Source: an uncultured Planctomycetaceae bacterium (GTDB lineage: Bacteria; Planctomycetota; Planctomycetia; Pirellulales; PALSA-1355). From it: 64,000 bases of DNA. Location of the stretch: positions 128,001-192,000 of the forward strand of contig CAWAUV010000009.1 of assembly GCA_963785305.1 (NCBI GenBank), given 5' to 3'. The notes beneath the pieces were generated by a model that did not search any database, was not told the origin of the DNA, and saw only the letters and a list, made by a program, of their open reading frames with translations. The position numbers and the translations under genes are program-made. Positions within the stretch are counted from its first letter, which is position 1. Each line of letters starts with the position of its first letter. This document shows, piece after piece, positions 12,926 through 24,908 of this stretch.

Positions 12926-12974
12926 TTGACGGCGGTACGTGTATATATGTATACTATCCGCCCGGGTGCGTCAA
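12926..12974. promoter_or_regulatory. Candidate overlapping opposed sigma70 promoters with central near-palindromic operator
   Basis: TTGACG (12926)-18 bp-TATACT (12950) on +; TTGACG on - (12974); gtatatatgtatac (12941-12954) is a 12/14 palindrome; lies between divergent genes. Confidence 0.5.
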
Positions 12975-13115
12975 CCGGCGCCGACCCCGATCTCCGCCAG
13001 GGCTCGCCGGGGGCGGCGTGCATCTGTCCCGGGGCGTCTTCTTGCAATTGCGCCGATTGGCGGTTTGCTACTTGTCGCTTGGCTACTTTTCTTGATCCAC
13101 GAAGGCCGGTGCATC

Positions 13116-13532
13116 ATGGAGCTCGCTGGCGAACAACATCGAAACTATCGGGTCTGGATCGCGCGATGTGAAAACTGGCGTCCCACTCACTGGAGCGAAT
13201 CACCACCGCATGCGCAGGCGGTCGAACCGGCGATGCCTGGCTGTTTGACCTGGGAGGAAGCCGCCAGTTTCGTCGAAGGGTTCAACGAAGCGGCGCTGAG
13301 TGAGGAATTTCCCGACGGGGAACATGCCGGCGCCGAGTTTTCGCGCCGTGGCCGGCTTTGGGCCGTGGCGGTGCTTGTGGTCCCGCGGTTCGAGGGCGAC
13401 TTGCGCGGGGGCAAAGGCTGGAATCCTTGGCCTCGCTATTTGAAGCCCGCGATTGCGTGGCGATGCATTAACACGCGTTGGAGGGAGCCCCCCCCGACCG
13501 TGGCCGGCGCCTCGGACGTCGCCGCCGCATGA
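13116..13532 (+). CDS. Hypothetical protein
   Basis: Globular-looking ORF (YRVWIARCENWRP...EAASFVEGFNEAAL...LWAVAV) downstream of the candidate promoter. Confidence 0.6.
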   Translation: MELAGEQHRNYRVWIARCENWRPTHWSESPPHAQAVEPAMPGCLTWEEAASFVEGFNEAALSEEFPDGEHAGAEFSRRGRLWAVAVLVVPRFEGDLRGGKGWNPWPRYLKPAIAWRCINTRWREPPPTVAGASDVAAA

Positions 13533-14002
13533 GCACTTCGCTTACCAGCGCGGGTCGACTTCTGGAAGCACGCGATGCGCCGCTTGCGACAGCAATCGCA
13601 ATTGGTTGGTAGCAAATAGTTTGCGACGCGGGTTCGCCAGTTGTGCGAACGCCAGGAATCGCTATACTAATCGCGACTCCAAACGCCGCCGCGGGCGACC
13701 GGGAGAAGAGATCGGCCGAGAGGCTCGCCACGGGTTTCGCCGTGCATTTTCCGGCGGGCTAGGCTTTTCGCCCCCCGATCGTTTTTCCCCAGCGGCGGCG
13801 CCGCAAATGGGCCGCATCGCTATCGGGCAATGTCACCATCAGGTAGCTCCGGCAGCGTTGCTATCGGGTGGGGGCCAATCGCGGGGCGCCGTGTTCGCCG
13901 CCTTGACCCGGCCCTCGGTTTTTTTCGGCGGCCCGATCGGCATTTTGTGAGCTGCGCCGCGAGTTCCGCCCGAATTCGATGAACACCTGAAAGGATTGGC
14001 TT

Positions 14003-16843
14003 TTGAGCACCGACGGAAACGAGCCTCTCGACGAGAGCGACCTGCCTGTTCCCGAGCTTTCGCAAAGCGAACATGACGCCGACGCCCGCCGCAACATGAC
14101 CGGGCGCCTGATCGATCTGCCGATCGAAGACGAGCTCAAGGGCAGCTATCTCACCTACGCGATGAGCGTGATCGTGAGCCGCGCTGCCCGATGTGCGCGA
14201 TGGGCTCAAGCCCTCGCAGCGCCGGATTCTCGTGGCGATGAACGACCTGAACCTGCGGCCCGGCGCCGCGCGCGTGAAGTGCGCGAAAATCTCGGGCGAC
14301 ACCAGCGGCAATTATCACCCGCACGGCGAAAGCGTGATCTATCCCACGCTGGTGCGCATGGCCCAAGAGTGGAACATGCGGCATGTGCTGGTCGACAAGC
14401 AGGGCAACTTCGGTTCGATCGCCGGCTTGCCCGCCGCCGCCATGCGATACACCGAAGCGCGTCTCTCGCCGATCGCGGCCCTGATGCTCGACGACCTGGA
14501 TCTCGACACCGTCGACTTCACTCCGACCTACGACGACAGCCGCCGCGAACCGAGCGTGTTGCCCTCGAAGTTTCCGAACCTGCTGGTCAATGGCGCCAAC
14601 GGCATTGCCGTGGGCATGGCCACTTCGATTCCGCCGCATAACCTGGGCGAAGTGTGCACCGCCCTGATCGAACTGATCAACAATCCTGAAATCTCGATCG
14701 ACGAATTGATGGAGTCGTGTCCCGGGCCTGATTTTCCCACCGGCAATATCATTTGCGGGCGCTCGGGCATTCGCCGCGGCTACCATAGCGGCCGCAGCAC
14801 GATGGTGATTCGTGCGCGGGCTCGGATCGAGGAGCACGGCAAGAATCGAATGCGGATCGTGGTGAGCGAAGTGCCGTTTCAAGCGGCCCGCGACCGCATC
14901 GAGGAACGCATCGCCCAGCTCGTGAACGAAGACAAGATCAAGGGCATCTCGGCGATGCGCAACGAGAGCGACTTGAAGGAGCCGGTGCGATTGATCTTGG
15001 AGCTGAAGCGCGACGCCGATCCGGAAATCGTGCTCAACCAACTCTATGAATTTTCTCCGCTGCAAGACACCGTGTCGCTGATCTTCTTGGCGCTGGTCGA
15101 TGGCAAGCCGCGCGTCATGTCGTTCAAGGCGATGCTCGAGGAATTCTTGCGGCATCGGCGCATCGTGATTCGACGCCGCACGCAATTCCTTTTGGCCAAG
15201 GCCCGCGCCCGCAAGCACACCGTCGAAGGGCTGCTGCTCGCGCACGCGAACATCGACGAAGTGATCCGCGTGATTCGCACTTCGAAGACCCAGCCCGAGG
15301 CCAAGGCGCGGATCATGGGCATCGAGACTCCGGCGGCGATGCTCGAGCGCGCCTGGGGCCGATCGGGTTCGGCCAATTTCAGACCGAGCGGGGCGTGGCG
15401 TCGACCTACACGCTCACCGCCGTGCAGGCCGAGGCGATTCTGCGCATGACGCTCGGTCAGCTCGTGAATCTGGAGCAAGAGCGACTCTCCACGGAACACG
15501 AAAAGCTGCTCGAGGAGATCGCCGAATACAACCGCATTCTCTCCGACGAACAGATCATCCTCGGCATGATTCGCGACGATCTCAACGAGATTCGCCGCAA
15601 ACATGCCGACAAGCGCCGCACCGAGATCAGCGGCGAGGAGATCGGCTCGATCGGCCTCGAGGACCTGATCACCGAGGAAACGATGGTGGTCACGATCTCG
15701 CACCAGGGCTACATCAAGCGCACTGCGGCCAGCACCTATCGCGCCGAGCATCGCGGCGGCAAGGGACTCAAAGGCGCCAAGGCCGAGGACGAAGATCCGA
15801 TCGAACACGTGTTCGCCGCCAGCACCCACGACTACCTGCTGTTCTTCACCAATCGCGGCAAGGTGTATTGGCAAAAGGTCTACGACCTGCCGCAGCTTGC
15901 CCGCGAAAGCCGCGGCCGGGCGCTGGTGAATCTGCTCAACTTCGGCGATGGCGAAAAAGTCGCCGAATGCCTCGCGGTGCGCGATTTCAAGTTGCCGGAC
16001 CATTTTCTCATGATGGTCACGCGCACGGGACTCGTGAAGAAAACCGCGCTTGCCCAATATGGCCGACCGATGAAAGGCGGCATTATCGCGATCAAGCTGC
16101 GCGAAGACGACGAGCTGGTCGAGGTGGTGGTCACGCGCGCCGGCGACGAGCTGGTGCTCTCGACCGCCCGCGGCATGGCGATTCGATTCGGCGAAACCGA
16201 CGCGCGTCCGATGGGCCGCAACACGAGCGGCGTGAAGGGCATCAAGCTCGGGGCCGACGATCACCTGGTCGGCATGGTCGTGGCCGATCCCGAGGCGACA
16301 TTGCTCACGGTGTGCGCCAAGGGCTATGGCAAGCGCACCTTCTTCGGCCCGAATAGCCCCGCGAGCGGAGAAGGCCCGCCGGCCGACGGCGACGAGGCCG
16401 AACTTCCCGGAGCCGGAGCGCCCGAAGCCGAGCTCGCCGAGGCCGAGACTCACGAGGCCGACACCGAGCTTCCCGAGGCCCCCGCCGAAGACGAAACCGA
16501 CGACGAATCGGGCGGCTCTTCGGGCAATCGCTATCGCACCCAGCGGCGCGGCGGCAAGGGGCTGCGTGATATCAAGACCACGGATCGCAATGGCCCGGTG
16601 GTGAGCGTGGTCGATGTGCGCGACGACGACGAAGTGTTGGTCATGACCGCCCGCGGCAAGTTGCAGCGATTCATCGCCGGCGAGATCAGCGTGATCGGCC
16701 GCAACACGCAGGGAGTGCGGATCATGAGCCTCGACGATGGCGACACCGTGGCGGCCGTGGTGCGGGTGCCACGCGACGCGATCGGCCCAAAGGGCGAAGC
16801 CTCCGCCGCGACCAGCGACGAACCCGCGGGCGGCGAAAGCTGA
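14003..16843 (+). CDS. gyrA: DNA gyrase subunit A (two apparent sequencing frameshifts)
   Basis: [31 protein letters not shown], catalytic [19 protein letters not shown], and C-terminal pinwheel repeats with (Q/H)RGGKG motifs. Confidence 0.97.
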
Positions 16844-16878
16844 ACGAGCGATCGCCGCGCATTCGCAAGTCGGTGGCC

Positions 16879-19787
16879 CTATTTGTTTGCCGCTTCGGTC
16901 AAGTCGGCGAGGCGTTTCTTGGCCCTGAGCTGCGCCAAGCCATCCAGACGCGGGACGACCTCTTGATACAACGACGCGCAGTGTTCGGCGAATCGGGCCT
17001 TATCGTGCCCCATCGCCGAATCGACGACGCCATGCCATGCGTCGGCGAGCGCGAGTGCCTCGGCGTCGGTCTTTCGCGGACCGCTTTCGAGCGTCGCGGC
17101 GTCCTTGATGGCGGAGTCCGCGCACTTCACGAAATAGGGCAATGCGTTCGGCCAATCGTTTTTGTTGAACGCGTAATATTTTCCCAGCGTGAGAGCCGCG
17201 GCCGGGTCCTGGTTTTCCTCGAATGATTTGCGAGCCGTCGCCACCGTGGCCGCCAATGCGGCCTGCCCCTTGTATTCGGCCTGGCGGGCCGCGATCGTCT
17301 TACCAAGGTCGCGGTCCTTCTGCGCGGCGGGCGTGCAAGAGCGCGGCGGCGATGAGTTTGTTCGCCGACTCGAAGTTTTCGGCGTCGGCGGCTTGGTCGG
17401 CGATCGCCTGCAAGCCACCGGCCAGATCGGCGCGAGCTTGCGGCGCCAACGACATCTTGGCGAAGGCGTCGAGTTCGGCGGTCACCAGATCCGTCGTCTT
17501 CACGGCGAAGGTTTGCCCCATGCTCGCGATGATTCTCAGCAATAGCGACGCGTCGCCGCCGGAGCGGGCCAGATCGCGGGCTTCGGTGAGCAGCATGTAT
17601 TTTTCGGCCGGCATGGCAGTGCCGCCCGCTTGACTGAAAAGCTTATCCGCCAACACGGCTTTGTCAGCCGGTTTTTTCGCCTTGGCGTAATCATCGCCGA
17701 AGGCGTCATTCAAAGTGGCGAGGGCCGTCGCTTGCGCGGCGGCGTCGGGAATCGGGGCGAGCGAGGCGAGGTCCGGCGGCGGCGCCGGCGCGGCACGTGG
17801 CGCCCCGCCCAGCCGCCAGAGATAAATGACTCCCGATCGGTCCTCCGAAGCCGCGAGCCGTCCGTCAGCGCAGGATTCTAGGAGGAAAGCGCTGGCTGCA
17901 TGGCCCACGAGCGACGCCACGCGTTCTCGACGGCTGCAATTGTAGATGCGAATCGGTCCGGCCGTGTTGGCGCAGATAATCCGCTTGTTGTCGAACATGA
18001 ACTCCATGGCGGCCCCGTCGCCCTGCTCCACCGTAATCGGCGGTTCTTCGACCCCGGTGACGACATTCAGAAGTTTCAACCGCGTCGAATTGTATGGGTA
18101 GATGGCGAGTCTGCCGTCGTCCGAGATCACGATTCGGTCGTGCATCGCGAACTGCTTGCTGTCAACCACGTAGGTGCGCTGTGATTTCAGATCGTAAGCG
18201 ATGTTGTAACTGCCGGACTTCACGGCGCGACCATTGGCTTGATCCTCGAACAAATCACCGCGGAGGAATACGTACCTGCCGTGCGGCGAAAGCGTTTGAA
18301 TATAGGGCAAACTCGGGATTTCAGTCTGGAATGTCGTTTCCCAAGTCACACCGTCGACCGACCGCAATTTCCATTTCCCGCCAGAATAGGCCGCATACGC
18401 GAAATACCGCCCGTCGGCGGAAACAGCGATCGTACTTTGCCCTATTTTCGCGATCCGGCTTTGCTCGCCGCGCTGAAAAGGAGTCAATCCCCAGAACGCG
18501 TCCGAATGAAGCAGCAAAAACGTCTTGCTATCCGACGAGAAGGTCGCCAGGCTCAAGTGCGCGCCCGTCAAATCTGCGGTCGATCGATCGCCGCTTGTCG
18601 TGTCATAAAAGTTCACCACCGTGGGCGAGCCGAACGCAACGTAGCGCCCGCCCGGCGACATCCGTAAAAAATACTGCGTGCCACCCTGATCTTGCAACTT
18701 CATCAACGGGCTGATGATGTCGCACTCGCCGAGCGCGGCGACCGGATTGGGGCCGGCCACCGCGGCCGTGGGTCCGTGTGCAACCGGATCGGCATTTTGC
18801 GGCCCCGCCGGCCCAGTCGTGTTGGAATCTGGGGCCGGCGCCACGTTACTCACCGGCGACGGGGGCAGCATTGCCGTGGATTGGGCTGGCGCGGCGGGCG
18901 GAGTTGGCGCGGCGGGCGGAGTTGACGCGGCGGGCGGAGTTGACGCGGCGGGCGGAGTTGAATCCGTTACTGGCGGCGGCGTCGGGTTCGGCGGCGCATC
19001 GCTCTCGGAGGGCGCGATTGCGCTCGGCGCATCCGCCGTGTTACCAGGGCTGGAATTCGTGGAAGCGGCGATGACGCTTTCGCTGCCGTCGGTGGATTGA
19101 CTTTCGGCGGAGCTTTTTTCCGGCGAGCCTTGCGAGGGAGCGGCGATCGACTCGTCGGGTTGTGCCGCGGCGCGCCGCGCCCGATCGCGCGGAGTTCGAT
19201 GCCACCTCTTCCTGGCGATTCCCATCCGAGGCTTGCTTCTGAAACGCAAACCAGCCGATGCCGGCGATCGCCACCAGCGCGCCGCCGATGATCGCGCCGG
19301 CCAGACCGCCGGAAGACCGCTTCGGTTGACGCTTGCGAGCGCTGCTCCGGCCCGCGGGTGCGCGATTTTCCGCTATTGAGCCGTGGACAAAATCAAGCTC
19401 GCTATTTGCCGGGGTCGGGCTCGCGGCGGCGGGCGCCGGCGCCGCGGGAACCGCCAAATCGACGACGGGACCGCGAGCATTGGTTTGCGCCGCGGCAAGG
19501 CGAGCCCGCAGCGCCTCGTCATACGCGGCCTTTTTCGCCGGATCGAGCAACACTACCCGCGCCCTTGCGAGCGCATTCAGCACCTGCTGGGAAACCGCGC
19601 GATACGGCCCGGCCTGATAGCGCCGCACATGCGCCATTTGGCGATCGGCTCCGCTTTCGATCACTTCCGCGTCGGACTCGAATCGCGTGATGCCGAGCAG
19701 GCGGTAGTGATCCGCGGGCTGCTCGTGCGGCGGGATTCCCAGCCAGCGGCGGTAGGGGTCAAAAGGTTGTGACGCGGAATCGACCAT
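16879..19787 (-). CDS. J-domain-like N-terminus, TM helix, Pro-rich linker, WD40 propeller, helical C-domain (paralogue 1; frameshifted)
   Basis: FDPYRRWLGIPP..QPADHYRLLG...LLDPAKKAAYD; TM segment; WD-like SLVGH...IYLW; ORFs 19041..19787, 17300..19249 and 16879..17418. Confidence 0.75.
18889..18960. repeat. Four 18-bp coding tandem repeats encoding (S/P)TPPAA
   Basis: Rcgcggcgggcggagttg repeated 4 times. Confidence 0.9.
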
Positions 19788-19927
19788 GCGCTTCGTTTCA
19801 AGAGTCGGCGTTTGCGAGACGTCGCGATCTCCGCGAGCGGAGGAGATCGCGGAATTTCATGACCATTGGAAATTCTGAAAAATCGCGACGACGAGGGAAA
19901 GACGGGGCGGCGATCTATTGGCGCCGG

Positions 19928-22900
19928 TTATTTCTTTTCGGCCTCGATCAGTTCGGCGAGGCGTTTCTTGGCTTTGACTTGCGCCAAGCCATCGAGCCGG
20001 GGCAGCGCCTCGCGATACCACACGACGCTGTGCGCGAGGAATTTCGCCTTTTCGCGGCCGGCGGCGGCTTCGCCCACCGCGTGCCAGGCATCGGCGACGG
20101 CAAGCTGTTCGCCCGGAGTCTTGGGCGGGGCGAGCTCGAGGGTAGCGGCCTCTTTGATACCGGCATCGGAACATTTGGCCAAGTGCGGCAGGGCTGCTTC
20201 CCAGTCATTCCTGCCGAAGGCGAAATACTTGCCGACGGTGAGATCGGCCACCGGATTATCGCCTGCTTCGAGCGACTTGCGAGCTGCCTTGACCTCGGCG
20301 GCTTGTTCACCTTGCTCTTTCACGTCGGCCTGACGCACGGCAATGGCCTTGGTGAGCTCGCGGTTCTTCGCGCGTTTGGCATTGACCAGCGCGGCGGCGA
20401 GCAGCTTCGCGGCGGCGTCGACATTTTCGGTCGCCACCGCGTCTTCGGCCAGCGCCACGAGGCCCTCGGCAAAGTCCGACCGAACCTGAACCGTGAGCGG
20501 CGCCTTCCCGAACGCCTCGACATCCGCGAGCACGACTTCCGACGCATCGATCGAAAATGTCTGGCTCATGCGCGTTACTATTCGCAAGTAGAGCGCGGCG
20601 TCGCCGCTCGCGCGAGCCATGTCGCGCTTCGGCGAGCAGCATGAATTTATCGGCGGGCGAGGCGGTCGCCCCGGCCTGATCGTTCAATTTTTCCGCCAGC
20701 GCGGCTTTCTCGGCAGGTTTTCGCGCTTTGGCGTATTCGTCGCCAAACGCTTCTTTCAACGTCGCGAGCGCTTTGGCTTTGGCGCCATCGTCGGGAACAG
20801 GCAAGCGAGCGACGTCACGGGAACCGCCGCGCTTCGCCGTTACTCCCAATCGCCAGATGAGCACCCGCCCGGTCGAATCGGCCGAAGCCGCGACGCGCGC
20901 GTTGGTGGAAAAACTCATGCCGACCACGGCCGAATTATGTCCGATCAGCGATGCGACGCATTCGCGGCGAGCGATATCCAATATGCGAATCGGCCCCGCA
21001 GTGCTGGCGCGGATAAATCGCTTATCGTCGGCCGAGAACATAACATGCCATACGTAGTCCACGGCGATGGGGGTCGGCGGATCTTCAACACTCGTGGCGA
21101 CATTCAAATATCGCACGAACGGCGTATTCGTGGTGCAAATCCCCAACTTGCCATCGTCGGAAATTGCATTTTGATCTCCGGGATTGCCGTACTTTAGGGG
21201 TATTGAAAACGACCGTTGGGACTTCAAATCGAAGGCGCTGTAAAATTCTCCCGCCGCGCGGAAATTGCCATTCTCATCCGTCTTGAACAAATTGCCTCGC
21301 GCCGCGACAAATTTCCCATGCGGTGAAATATCCAGATGATTCAGGGAGCCAGGAAATTCGGTTTGATATGCGAGTTTTCCATTAAGCACATCAAATGCCG
21401 TTAGCGTGGAGTTCCCTGAAATTGTAGTGGCCAAGACCACGATCCGACCATCGGCTGAAATAACACTCCAGTGAAACGTTTTCGGCAATTCCATGATTGG
21501 ACGCTGTTCGCCGCGCTGCGCTGGGCTCAAAGCCCAAAGACCACTCGAATGAAGCAGCATGAGCTGCTTGCTATCGGGCGAAAACCCCGTGCGGCTCAAA
21601 TGCACCCCGGTCAACGGGACCTCCGACTGCTCACCAGTTTTCATGTCGAAAAAATTGACGTTCGACCGCAGGCCCCAGGCGACATAGCGTCCGTCTGGCG
21701 AGACATTCACAAAGGTCGGCTGGGTTCCATTCTCCTGCACCGTTTTAAACGGCGCAATGACTTCGCCTTGATCCGCTGTGGCGCTCACGCCGGGATTCGT
21801 GAAGACAACGCCGGGCGCGGGTGGCGTGTTCGGGGCAACCGGCACATTCGAATTCGCGGCGACCTGAGTTGGCGCCGCCGCCGGTGGCACGGCTGCCGGT
21901 TGGTTCCCCGCCGGTTGGTTCCCCGCCGGCGAGGTCGGCAACATCGCCGTCGGTTGGACCTGCTGCGTCGGCGATTCCGTGGCGGCGAGCGGCTGCGTTT
22001 GGCCGGTCGGAACCAGGGACGTCTCGCGCAGGAACGTCGGCTCCTCGCCGCTAAGCGATCGCAACCTCAGAAACCTCGCGCTGTAGGCGCCGGAAATGCC
22101 GCCCAGGAACAGCTCTTTGCTCTCGGGCGCCGCCAAGTCGCCGGAACATCCGAGGCGATCGACCCCGTCGGCCCAAGTGAATTGACGTTTTCCATCGACA
22201 AACAGCGCCACTCCCTTTTGACGCACGACGATCGTGATATCGTGCTCCGCCTCGCCTTCAAGCAATGCGCCGAAATGGGTCGGATCCTCGGCGTCGCCCT
22301 CTTGGCGATGGAACTCATGCACCGTGGTGCGGCTGCCGCTCCAAGCGTCGATCAAGAGCGCGAAATACGCGGCGCCCGACGACAACCCCAGGTCGATCTC
22401 CGAGGCCGGGTTTTGTTTCTTCGCCTTGAATCGAAGGACATACTCCTTCGGCGGAACGACCGCGAGCATCGAGCGGGCCCGGGTCCCCGTCGGATTACAG
22501 TTCAGCACTAATTTCTGAAACAATGCGTTGTCGATTGTCTTTGGTTCCGCTCGCGTCGATGACAGCAGATCCCACCAGCGCGGATCGCCCTCGTCGCGCT
22601 TCACATCAAAATCGTCGCGAACACGCCGCGAATTGCTCGTGGTTGACGCCGGGGTCCCTGGCTCCGGAGATTTATCCGAGTCGTCGCTCGGCATCGAGGT
22701 CGGCCGGTCGCTCGCGGGCGGCGACGAAGCCGCTTCCACTGGCGGCGTGGCTTGGCTACCGCTGGTGTCGGGCTTGCCGTCCGATCGGGGTCGGCTGCTC
22801 GCGTTTGCCCGGCCGGGCGATGGCGGCGAAGAGGCGGCCGTCGAGGCCGAAGCGAGTTTTTCATGCTTGGATTCGGTCGCGGAATGCTGCCGCCAGACAA

Positions 22901-23471
22901 ACCAGGCGACCGCGAGGATCGCCAGCAGCGAGGGAACCGCAACCAGGGCGACGGTCTTGCCCGTATCACGCGTCGGGCGGCGCTTCGAGCGGGTTCGCCC
23001 GATCGGTTCGCGCGCCTCGGCGAGCGACTCGCCGACAAAGGCAAAGTCGTTGCTCGCCGGCGCCGCCGCGACCGGAGCGCTCTTTACTGGCGCGGCTTGG
23101 GCTGAAGCGCCCTGAACTGGCGCTACCGAAGCGCCGACCACCGGTGTCGTTTGACTTGCCGTCGCCGGGGCGGTCGAGCCGAGCCGGGCACGCAACTGCT
23201 GATCGTAAGCCGCTTTCTTCGCGGGGTTTAGCAGCACGATCCGCGCGACGGCCAACTCATTGAGCACCCGCTGTGAAATGACGCTATGCGGCCCGGTCTT
23301 AAACCGCTGCACATGGGCCATCTGCCGGTCCGCCCCGCTTTCGATCACATCGAGGTCGGCTTCGAACTGGGTCACGCCGAGCAGACGGTAATAGTCCGCC
23401 GGCTGCTCGTTGGGCGGAATTCCCAGCCAGCGGCGATAGGGATCAAAGGGTTGCGAGGCCGGGTTGGTCAT
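19928..23471 (-). CDS. J-domain-like N-terminus, TM, lectin-like beta domain, WD40, helical C-domain (paralogue 2; frameshift near 20625)
   Basis: Same N-terminal and C-terminal domains as 16879..19787, with an extra beta-rich domain (EYVLRFKAK...HDITIVVRQKGVALFVDG). Confidence 0.78.
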
Positions 23472-23698
23472 TCCATTCGCCTAAATTTCATCCAAAACAA
23501 GTAGAATTTGCCTCTTCCCTGAAAAACCCGTTACAGTATAGCCAACGGGGGATGGGCACTCAACCGTTTCTAGCCAAAGAACATGCGCGAACAGGCTCGG
23601 ATTTCGTCCATGAAAACCATCGTCGATCGCCGCCCCCCTCGAATCGACGTCGATTTGCCCCAATCAGCCCACATATTACCGCATCGTTCAGAAAACTC

Positions 23699-24505
23699 AT
23701 GCGGTTCGCCGTCATTTTTCTTTTCGGGGGTGTTCGATGGCTTGGAGTCAGCAGATCATTGCTCATCGGGGCGCATCGCACGAACGCGCCCGAAAATACC
23801 CTGGCCGCGTTTCAACTCGCCTGGCGCCAGGGGGCCGATGGCATCGAAGGCGACTTCTATCTCACGCGCGATAAACAGATCGTGTGTATCCACGACGCAT
23901 CGACCGGCCGCACCGGCGACAAGAACCTGAAGGTTGCCGAAGCAACGCTCGCCGAACTGAAGACCGTGGATGTGGGTCTCAAAAAGGGCGAGCCGTTCCG
24001 CGGCGAACGCATTCCCACTTTGGCCGAAGTTTTGGCCATCGTGCCGCCGGGCAAGCGCATTTTTATCGAGGTCAAATGTGGACCCGAAATTCTCCCGGCG
24101 CTCGAGCAAACGCTCGCCGCCGCGAACATCGCCGACGAACACGTGGCGATCATCGCCTTTAGCGACAAGGTCATTGAAGCGGCGCGGCGTCGGCTGCCCA
24201 AGGTCGCGGCCTATTGGCTCGTGGCGCTCAAGCGCGACCCAGCCCAAGCGAATCGCCCCTCGCCCGACCCGACCCAAATCGAACAAACGCTCCGCCGCAT
24301 CGGCGCGTCGGGCGTCAACATCGGGGTCGAAGATCGGCTTTTCGAGGCCGAGGCCGCGGCGAGCATTCGCCAAGCCGGCTTCGAGATCCACTGCTGGACG
24401 GTCGACACCGAGCAGCTCGCTCGCTATTGCCGACAGCTCGAAGCAAAATCGATCACGACAAATCGCCCGGCGGAGCTTCGCGCGGAGCTGTCGAGGTCGC
24501 CCTGA
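23699..24505 (+). CDS. Glycerophosphodiester phosphodiesterase family protein
   Basis: IGAHR..APENTLAAF, GIEGDFYLTRD..IVCIHD, RIPTLAEVL, FIEVK, HCWTVD, ITTNRP. Confidence 0.92.
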   Translation: MRFAVIFLFGGVRWLGVSRSLLIGAHRTNAPENTLAAFQLAWRQGADGIEGDFYLTRDKQIVCIHDASTGRTGDKNLKVAEATLAELKTVDVGLKKGEPFRGERIPTLAEVLAIVPPGKRIFIEVKCGPEILPALEQTLAAANIADEHVAIIAFSDKVIEAARRRLPKVAAYWLVALKRDPAQANRPSPDPTQIEQTLRRIGASGVNIGVEDRLFEAEAAASIRQAGFEIHCWTVDTEQLARYCRQLEAKSITTNRPAELRAELSRSP

Positions 24506-24521
24506 GAGGGGGGCGGCGCCA

Positions 24522-24623
24522 CTTGGCGGCTCGCTCGCGCATGCGACAGGCTGCCGTTCTAGTCACTATATATATAATGTCAGTACATCTTGGCGGCTCG
24601 CTCGCGCATGCGACAGGCTGCCG
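24522..24623. repeat. Two identical 35-bp hairpin-forming direct repeats around a 32-bp AT-rich spacer
   Basis: cttggcggctcgctcgcgcatgcgacaggctgccg at 24522-24556 and 24589-24623; spacer ttctagtcactatatatataatgtcagtacat. Confidence 0.9.
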
Positions 24624-24666
24624 GCGAACGGTTTAACATATCGAGACACGCGACGACGGAAGTCTC

Positions 24667-24700
24667 GCGCGGAGGCGCGGAGGGCGCGGAGGGCGCGGAG
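24667..24700. repeat. Short tandem gcgcggag(g) repeat (about 4 copies), intergenic
   Basis: gcgcggaggcgcggagggcgcggagggcgcggag. Confidence 0.7.
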
Positions 24701-24908
24701 AAAACAGGCTGATCGAACCGACGCCGGGCGCCGACTTCCGCCGCGCGTCTCGGCGCGGCTTCACGAAATTGGCGGTCGCTCGAATCGCGGCCGACTCCGA
24801 ATAGCACATCCACATGACACATTGTTCCGACTCTTGAATCACGGGATCGTGATCTGTTCGCGTCGCGTCGATTCTCCCGAGATCGGCCCCAATTGCGGAA
24901 AGGTTCCC

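Noticed and set aside
10231..13532. Prophage
   Set aside because: No integrase, terminase or structural genes; flanks are ordinary chromosomal genes.
14003..16843. gyrA, mutS and many other genes as pseudogenes or programmed frameshifts
   Set aside because: Single-base indels are scattered through essential genes in GC-rich tracts with no other sign of decay; assembly error is the simplest explanation.
24522..24623. Bona fide CRISPR array
   Set aside because: Only two repeats, with no cas genes or leader in the window; kept only as an unexplained repeat.
23970..24908. Long N-terminal extension of the 656-aa ORF
   Set aside because: Out-of-frame overlap with GDPD and intergenic repeats; the SPFH gene plausibly starts at 24909.
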